NCBI GenBank assembly: GCA_963770565.1
Contig: CAVYQE010000001.1
Coordinates: 224,001 to 288,000 of the forward strand
Direction: 5' to 3'
DNA: 64,000 nt
Origin: an uncultured Actinomycetota bacterium
Lineage (GTDB): Bacteria; Actinomycetota; Actinomycetes; JAFAQI01
Part shown: positions 58,564-64,000 of the stretch, one piece after another
Position numbering within the stretch: the first letter of the stretch is position 1
Layout of the letters: each line of letters opens with the position of its first letter
The notes under the pieces: generated by a model
Database searches by the model: none
The model's input: only the letters and a program-made list of their open reading frames with translations
Told to the model about the DNA's origin: nothing
Position numbers and translations under genes: made by a program

Positions 58564-59959
58564 TCACTCCTCGATCGTCGTCTCCGGCTGCTCCCCTTCC
58601 CGCACCGCGGCCCCCGAGCCTTGGCCGCGGTTCGCGTCTTCGCGCCGCCGCAGGTAGAGCTTGATCGGGACTTCCGAAAAGCGGATGCGGTCGCGGAACA
58701 CGCCCAGCAGGTAGCGGCGATAGGGCTGCGAGAAATAGGCCGGATCGTTGCAAAACAGCACGATCGTCGGCGGCTCGACTCCCACCTGCGTGCCATAAAA
58801 AATCTTCGCCGGCCGATGCTGGTGCAGCGGCGGCGGATTGGCCGTCAACGCCTCGTCGAGAATGCGGTTCAAATCGCGACGTCGCCACGCGATAGCGCGG
58901 CCTGCTTGAACAGCATCTGCGCATGGTTCAACAGCGCCTTGACGTTCTTGCCCGTCTGCCCGGTGATGAAGGCGATCGGCACGTGATGCATCGTGCGGAA
59001 CGTGTCGCGGAGGTAGCCGACCCACCGCTCGGTGGGCATCGACTCGACCAGCAGATCCCACTTGTTGACGACGAAGATGCAGGGCTTGTATTGCCCGGCG
59101 ATATAGTCGCAAAGCTGCTTATCGACCTTGCTGATCGTTTGCGAGGGATCGAAGAAGAGCAGCACCACGTCGGCCCGGCGGATGCTCCGCTGAGCCCGAT
59201 GGGTGCTGTAAAAATCGATGTCGGTCGTGATGCTCTTCGTTCGCCGCAGGCCGGGCGTGTCGATCGCGACGAACTTCTTGCCGTCCAGCTCGAACCGCAC
59301 GTCGACGCTGTCGCGCGTGGTGCCCGGCACCTCGCTGACGATCATCCGCTCGGCTTGGGCCAGCGTGTTCACGAAGGTGCTTTTGCCCGTGTTGCGGCGG
59401 CCGACGATGGCCACCTTCATTTCGGGCTCGGCCGTCTCCGCCGGCTTCCGATTCATTTTGGACCGGCAGCCGCTCGACGATCATGTCGAGCAACTGGTCG
59501 CGGTTGCGGTTTTGCAGCGTGCTGGTGCAGACGAGCTTGCCGCGGCCGAGGCGATAAAACTCGTTGGCCTGGGCATCGAGCGCCGGATCGTCGGCCTTGT
59601 TGGCGACGCAAATCGTCGGCACGTCGACATACCGCAGCCGCTGGGCCACCTCCTTGTCGAGCGGCACCACGCCGTCGCGGGTGTCGACCACAAATAGGAT
59701 CACCGCCGCCGATTCGATGGCCGTGTTGATCTGATCCTCGACGTGCTGCGTGAGATTATCGACGTCCTCGTTTCCCATGCCGCCGGTATCGACCAGCTCG
59801 AAATACCGGTCGTTGTGGCACATCAGATACGTTGAGCCGATCGCGCGTGACGCCGGCCGTGCGATCGACAATGGCCAAACGCTTCCCCACCAGCCAATTG
59901 AACAGGCTGGATTTGCCCACATTCGGGCGGCCGACGATGACGACTTGAGGTACGCCCAT
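58564..59959 (-). CDS. der: Ribosome biogenesis GTPase Der (frameshifted)
   Basis: GRPNVGKS and GRRNTGKS tandem G-domains, DTGG/DTPG, NKWD, C-terminal KH-like domain. Confidence 0.96.
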
Positions 59960-60200
59960 GGAACCGAGGTGGGGAGAGCGGGAAGCGGGGAGGGGACGGC
60001 AGGGAGCAGGGAGCGGGAGCAGGGAGCGGGGAGCGGGGAGCGGGGATTCGGGGAGCTGGCTGGCGTGCAGGAGCGAGGCCGGGATTGCGACGCCGATCTT
60101 GATTCGCTTGCCATCCATGATAATTGACTTTGCCCGGCGGCGACAGGTGCGAAGAATTCAACCTACCTGCTGCACGAGCGGTCGGGTAAACTGGGCCGGC

Positions 60201-60386
60201 ATGAGCATCAAGTCCGACTCGACCTTGTTGACATTCGCCATCGTTGGCGGAATCGGCTTCCTGGTGGCCGCCGTGGTCAGCTACATCAACGGCGACAAGT
60301 CGGAGGCGATCGACCGCGGGATTGGGGCCGCGGGACTTTTCGCCGCCGTTCTATACCTTTCGGCAAAGAAGCCGAAGACCCTTTGA
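60201..60386 (+). CDS. Small two-TM membrane protein
   Basis: MSIKSDSTLLTFAIVGGIGFLVAAVV..GLFAAVLYL. Confidence 0.55.
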   Translation: MSIKSDSTLLTFAIVGGIGFLVAAVVSYINGDKSEAIDRGIGAAGLFAAVLYLSAKKPKTL

Positions 60387-60728
60387 ATTCGCGCACTTCC
60401 GATAAGAGTGCCTGCCACCGATCAAGCGCTCGGCCCGATCGCGGGGCTGGCGCGGCGCTCTGCCGTCGATTGTCCGGCCTTGCACCGGCTTGGATGCATC
60501 CGCGCTGGTAGCAAGCGAGTCACGCATCCGCGCCGTTTTCGAACGCTCCGATCGGACCGACCGGCATGCGGAAAACTTTTCATGGCCCCGTCTTTCCGGC
60601 TTAAGCGGCTGCGGTAGTGCCCGCGGGAACTCGGCTGCGGTTGTCGCCTGTCTCATGATCTTGCTTCGGCGCGCCAGTTGCATTGCCGGACCGAGGGAAA
60701 CTTGCCGATCGAACGGAGGAGACAAACC

Positions 60729-61031
60729 ATGCCCTCGAAAACCAGCAATTCGTCCAAGAGAACGACCGACCACCAAACAATTCGCGAGTGGGCCGAAGAC
60801 CGCGGAGGCCAGCCGGCCACGGTCACTGCCACAGAACGCGATGATCGCCCCGGCGTGCTCCGGATCGATTTTCCCGGCCGCTCGGGCGAAGGGACACTCG
60901 AACACATCTCATGGGAGGACTTTTTCCAAAAGTTCGACTGCGCCAATTTGGCCCTGGTCTACCAAGATCGGACAGCCGACGGCGAACAAAGTCGATTCTG
61001 CAAATTCGTCAATCGCGAGAGCGATGAATAG
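60729..61031 (+). CDS. Conserved hypothetical protein (TTDHxxIRxWAEERGG family)
   Basis: GGAGGA RBS; TTDHQTIREWAEDRGGQPATV, GVLRIDFPG, ISWEDFFQKFD. Confidence 0.8.
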   Translation: MPSKTSNSSKRTTDHQTIREWAEDRGGQPATVTATERDDRPGVLRIDFPGRSGEGTLEHISWEDFFQKFDCANLALVYQDRTADGEQSRFCKFVNRESDE

Positions 61032-61331
61032 CAGGAGCGAGAATCGCCGGCAGTTCACTTTGGCTTCTCTGAGTGTCTGTGGTCGGTTGCGTGAGCGCGG
61101 CGCGACTGCATCCTCGATGCGGCGGCACGCCTGCTGCTCCGGCAGGAACACTTGGCGCGACGCGCAGTGCCAAGTTGCGCCGCGCCCTCGGCGCCGGTTT
61201 CCGACGCTCCCGCTGGCGACATCGACTCGCCCGTCTCTCGATTCGCGGACGCTTGTAATTGCCGATTGCGGCAGCTATGATGAAAAATCCGGCTCATCCG
61301 ATCGGCAGCTTTGATGAAGGAGATTCTCGTC

Positions 61332-62299
61332 ATGACGCGTCGTCCGTCGTTTATCGTCGCGGCCATTGCGGTGCTGCTCGCCGCATTCGCGGTCTGTCTG
61401 TCGGCGGGAAGGAAAGAACGCATTTTTGCCGCGGACAGCCCGTCCAGAGCCATCAACCCCGATGCAGCGAAGAGTTCGACTGCCGACGAAACGGCAATCC
61501 GCGACACGGCCGATGGATTCACCAAGGCGTTCAATGCGGGGGATGCCAAGGCGATCGGCGCCGAGTGGACGACCGACGCCGAGTATACGGACGAAACCGG
61601 AAAGGTGTATTCCGGCGCGAAGCCATCCAGAACGCATACGCCGAACTCTTCGAAGAGCATCCCGGTGCGATCGTTCGCCTGACGATCGAGTCGATCCGCT
61701 TTCCCGCCCCCGACGTGGCGATCGAAAAGGGAATTGCCCGAGTCGAAACGCCCCCCGACCACAGTCGATCGGCGTCGCGCTACATGGTCGTTCATGTCCG
61801 GCGCGACGGGCATTGGCAGATGACCATGGGGCGCGATGATCCCTACGTGCCGACTTCGAACGAGGATTTCCTGCAAGACATCGGATGGATGGTCGGCGAG
61901 TGGTCGCCGAAGAACGCGGCGCATGGCCCGAAGCTCAAAGTGGAATGGATGGCGCAAAAGAACTTCATCCGCAACTCGATCACGAAAATCAAGGACCAGA
62001 AGACCACGCTGTCGAGTGTTCAGGTCATCGGCTGGAATCCCAAGCTCGGCGCCATCGTCTCTTGGCATTTCGACGCCAACGGCGGATTCGGCAACGACCG
62101 CTGGACTCAGGATGGATCGAAATGGTTGATCGAGGCGACGGGCCTTTCTCGCAATGGCGACGAGAGTTCCGCCCTGAACGTCATCACCCCGATCAACGCC
62201 AACAGCTTCCGTTGGCAGTCGTTCCGGCGCACGCTCAATGGCAAGCCGCTGCCCGATGCGGCGCCCGTCGTCATGGTGCGCGTCGCGGCCGGCAAGTGA
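61332..62299 (+). CDS. SgcJ/EcaC (NTF2-like, DUF4440) secreted protein (frameshifted)
   Basis: AFNAGDAKAI..WTTDAEY, SIRFPAPDVAIEKG, IGWMVGEW, SWHFDANGGFG. Confidence 0.75.
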
Positions 62300-62360
62300 A
62301 GCTTTTTCCTCCCAACAATTGCATCAGGAGCCGCACCGGTAATTCCGGAACGGATTGATC

Positions 62361-63260
62361 ATGTACAAGCCCTTGCGAATTCTGGTGATTTGCGCCGGTT
62401 TGATCGGACTTGGCACTCAGGCGGGTTATGCGCGCGGATTCGGCGGGACACACAGCAGCGGCTCGCGCAGCCACGAAAGCAGTTATAGCGGTTCTCATTA
62501 TTCCGGCAGCAGCGAGGGGAGTTACAGCCGAGGCAGCGGCTATAGCGGTAGCCACGAAGGGAGTTCCAGCGGTTCTCATTATTCCGGCAGCAACGAGGGG
62601 AGCTACAACCGAGGCAGCGGCTATAGCGGTAGCCACGAAGGGAGTTCCAGCGGTTCTCATTATTCCGGCAGCAACGAGGGGAGCTACAACCGAGGCAGCG
62701 GCTATAGCGGTAGCCATGAAGGGAGTTCCAGCGGCGATCGGTACTCCGGCAGCCATGAAGGGAGCACGACGGACGGAAGCTATAGCGGTTCGCGTCAGGG
62801 AACCTATAACGGCGCAGAGTATCAAGGCGACCATCAGGCCAGCTACAACGCCAGCCGCGAAGGAGCCGGCGCCTACGGCGCACGCGTCAAGGAAGCTATA
62901 ACGGTGCCGCTTATGGGGCCAATCGCGAGACCGCTTATGGCGCCAATCGCGAAACCGCTTACGGCGGCAATCGCGAAGTCAACGCTGCCTACAGCGGCTC
63001 GCGCCAAGTGGATTATAACGTCCAAGCGCCGCTTCCCCCCCCTCGAGTCGGCGCCCTATGTCGTGCCCGTTGCTCCCGCCGCGCCGGTGGGCTACGGCGC
63101 CGCGGCCTATGGCCAGGGTTACGCGGCGGCCGCCGACCAAAACGCGGCGGCCCAGCAGCAGTATGTCGCCGGCGAGCAAGCCGCTTTGCCCACCGACGCC
63201 GGATTTGCCCAGCCGGGACCGGTCGGACGCGCATTATTGATTCGCGGCGGATTCCGGTGA
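62361..63260 (+). CDS. Secreted Ser/Gly-rich protein with 27-aa (81-bp) tandem repeats
   Basis: Signal peptide; SGSHYSGSNEGSYNRGSGYSGSHEGSS units at 62490, 62571 and 62652; LPTDAGF tail. Confidence 0.65.
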   Translation: MYKPLRILVICAGLIGLGTQAGYARGFGGTHSSGSRSHESSYSGSHYSGSSEGSYSRGSGYSGSHEGSSSGSHYSGSNEGSYNRGSGYSGSHEGSSSGSHYSGSNEGSYNRGSGYSGSHEGSSSGDRYSGSHEGSTTDGSYSGSRQGTYNGAEYQGDHQASYNASREGAGAYGARVKEAITVPLMGPIARPLMAPIAKPLTAAIAKSTLPTAARAKWIITSKRRFPPLESAPYVVPVAPAAPVGYGAAAYGQGYAAAADQNAAAQQQYVAGEQAALPTDAGFAQPGPVGRALLIRGGFR

Positions 63261-63439
63261 ACCGGCACGTACCGCTTCCGTTCGGCGCTTTCCGATCGGT
63301 TCGGAGCATCAAGCGCGCCCGATTCCGTAGATGACGACCGGCCAGACATCCTTGACGGGGATCGGCGGCGGCAGGTGCGACTTGTCGGTCGTTGCGTCGT
63401 CAACTTGTGCCTCATCGGCGCAGCCGAATTGGCCACCGA

Positions 63440-64000
63440 TCAAGCGCTCGGCCCGATCGCGGGGCTGGCGCGGCGCGTTGCCGTGGTTCGCCCTGCCGCG
63501 CGGCGCGATCCGGCGATCCAGCGTTTCATCCGCAGAGCCTGGGCCTTCATGGCCAGCGGGGCATAATAGGGATAATGATAGCTGGTTTGGACGCGCGTCG
63601 CCCAATGACGCTTGACATCCGGCGAGCCGGCGCCGAGGTCGATGAGCCGGTCGCCCCGCTGGAAGCTATCTTCGATCATCCGCCGCAAGAGCACGCTGCC
63701 GCTCCCTTCGCCGCTCACCTCGCGGTCGAATCCCATCCGCAGGCCATAGACCGAGCCGCGGTAATGATTGTTGTAGGCGAAGGCCGCCGGCCGGCCGCCG
63801 ATAAGGAGCAGATTGAGGTCCAGCCCGCCCGCCGCCGCCGCCGTGGCATGGGCGTCGCGGAGATATTCGCGGACGCAATCATGGCTGAGCGTCGTGCCAT
63901 CGTCGGCCGCGCCCTGCCAGCTTCGCCGGGCAATCGCTTCGCAAGCGTCGTACAGATCCCAGCGCGGGTCGCCATCGCCATAGCGGCTTCCCTCGGGGCG
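63440..64000 (-). CDS. GNAT acetyltransferase (CelD/BcsL-like), 3' part
   Basis: YGLRMGFD, GSGSVLLRRMIEDSFQRGDRLIDLG..KRHWAT. Confidence 0.8.
   Translation of the reverse strand, partial: RPEGSRYGDGDPRWDLYDACEAIARRSWQGAADDGTTLSHDCVREYLRDAHATAAAAGGLDLNLLLIGGRPAAFAYNNHYRGSVYGLRMGFDREVSGEGSGSVLLRRMIEDSFQRGDRLIDLGAGSPDVKRHWATRVQTSYHYPYYAPLAMKAQALRMKRWIAGSRRAAGRTTATRRASPAIGPSA

Noticed and set aside
57161-58986. Long repeat-protein ORFs, or a second CRISPR array
   Set aside because: The 167-bp unit cycles through all three frames and has no unique spacers.

Overview
High-GC bacterial chromosome segment, most likely a planctomycete (LEPRxLL-type secreted protein, planctomycete-style REP families, dnaA-dnaN-dciA-gyrB order). 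Frameshifts hit even essential genes (gyrB, dnaN, der, purD), so they are read as long-read indel errors and many coordinates are approximate. Main contents: (1) a complete type I-C CRISPR-Cas locus (cas3-5-8c-7-4-1-2, minus strand) with about 95 repeats, interrupted by a 711-bp gene-bearing insert. (2) A lower-GC island downstream of gyrB (about 33.0-42.4 kb). It carries a thymidylate-synthase-fold gene with the dCMP-type Asp, a UDG-superfamily gene, an aGPT-pyrophosphorylase clade-3-like gene, a NUDIX hydrolase and a HigB/HigA-ImmA module. This is the best candidate for an uncharacterised nucleotide/DNA base-modification or defence system, and its first gene is split by nested IS1380::IS4 elements. 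(3) Replication-origin-region genes and other housekeeping genes. (4) Many small repeats: a CTAG-flanked MITE whose core occurs in both orientations, a 167-bp tandem array, several REP families, and duplicated 3' ends of gyrB, dnaN and a GNAT gene.
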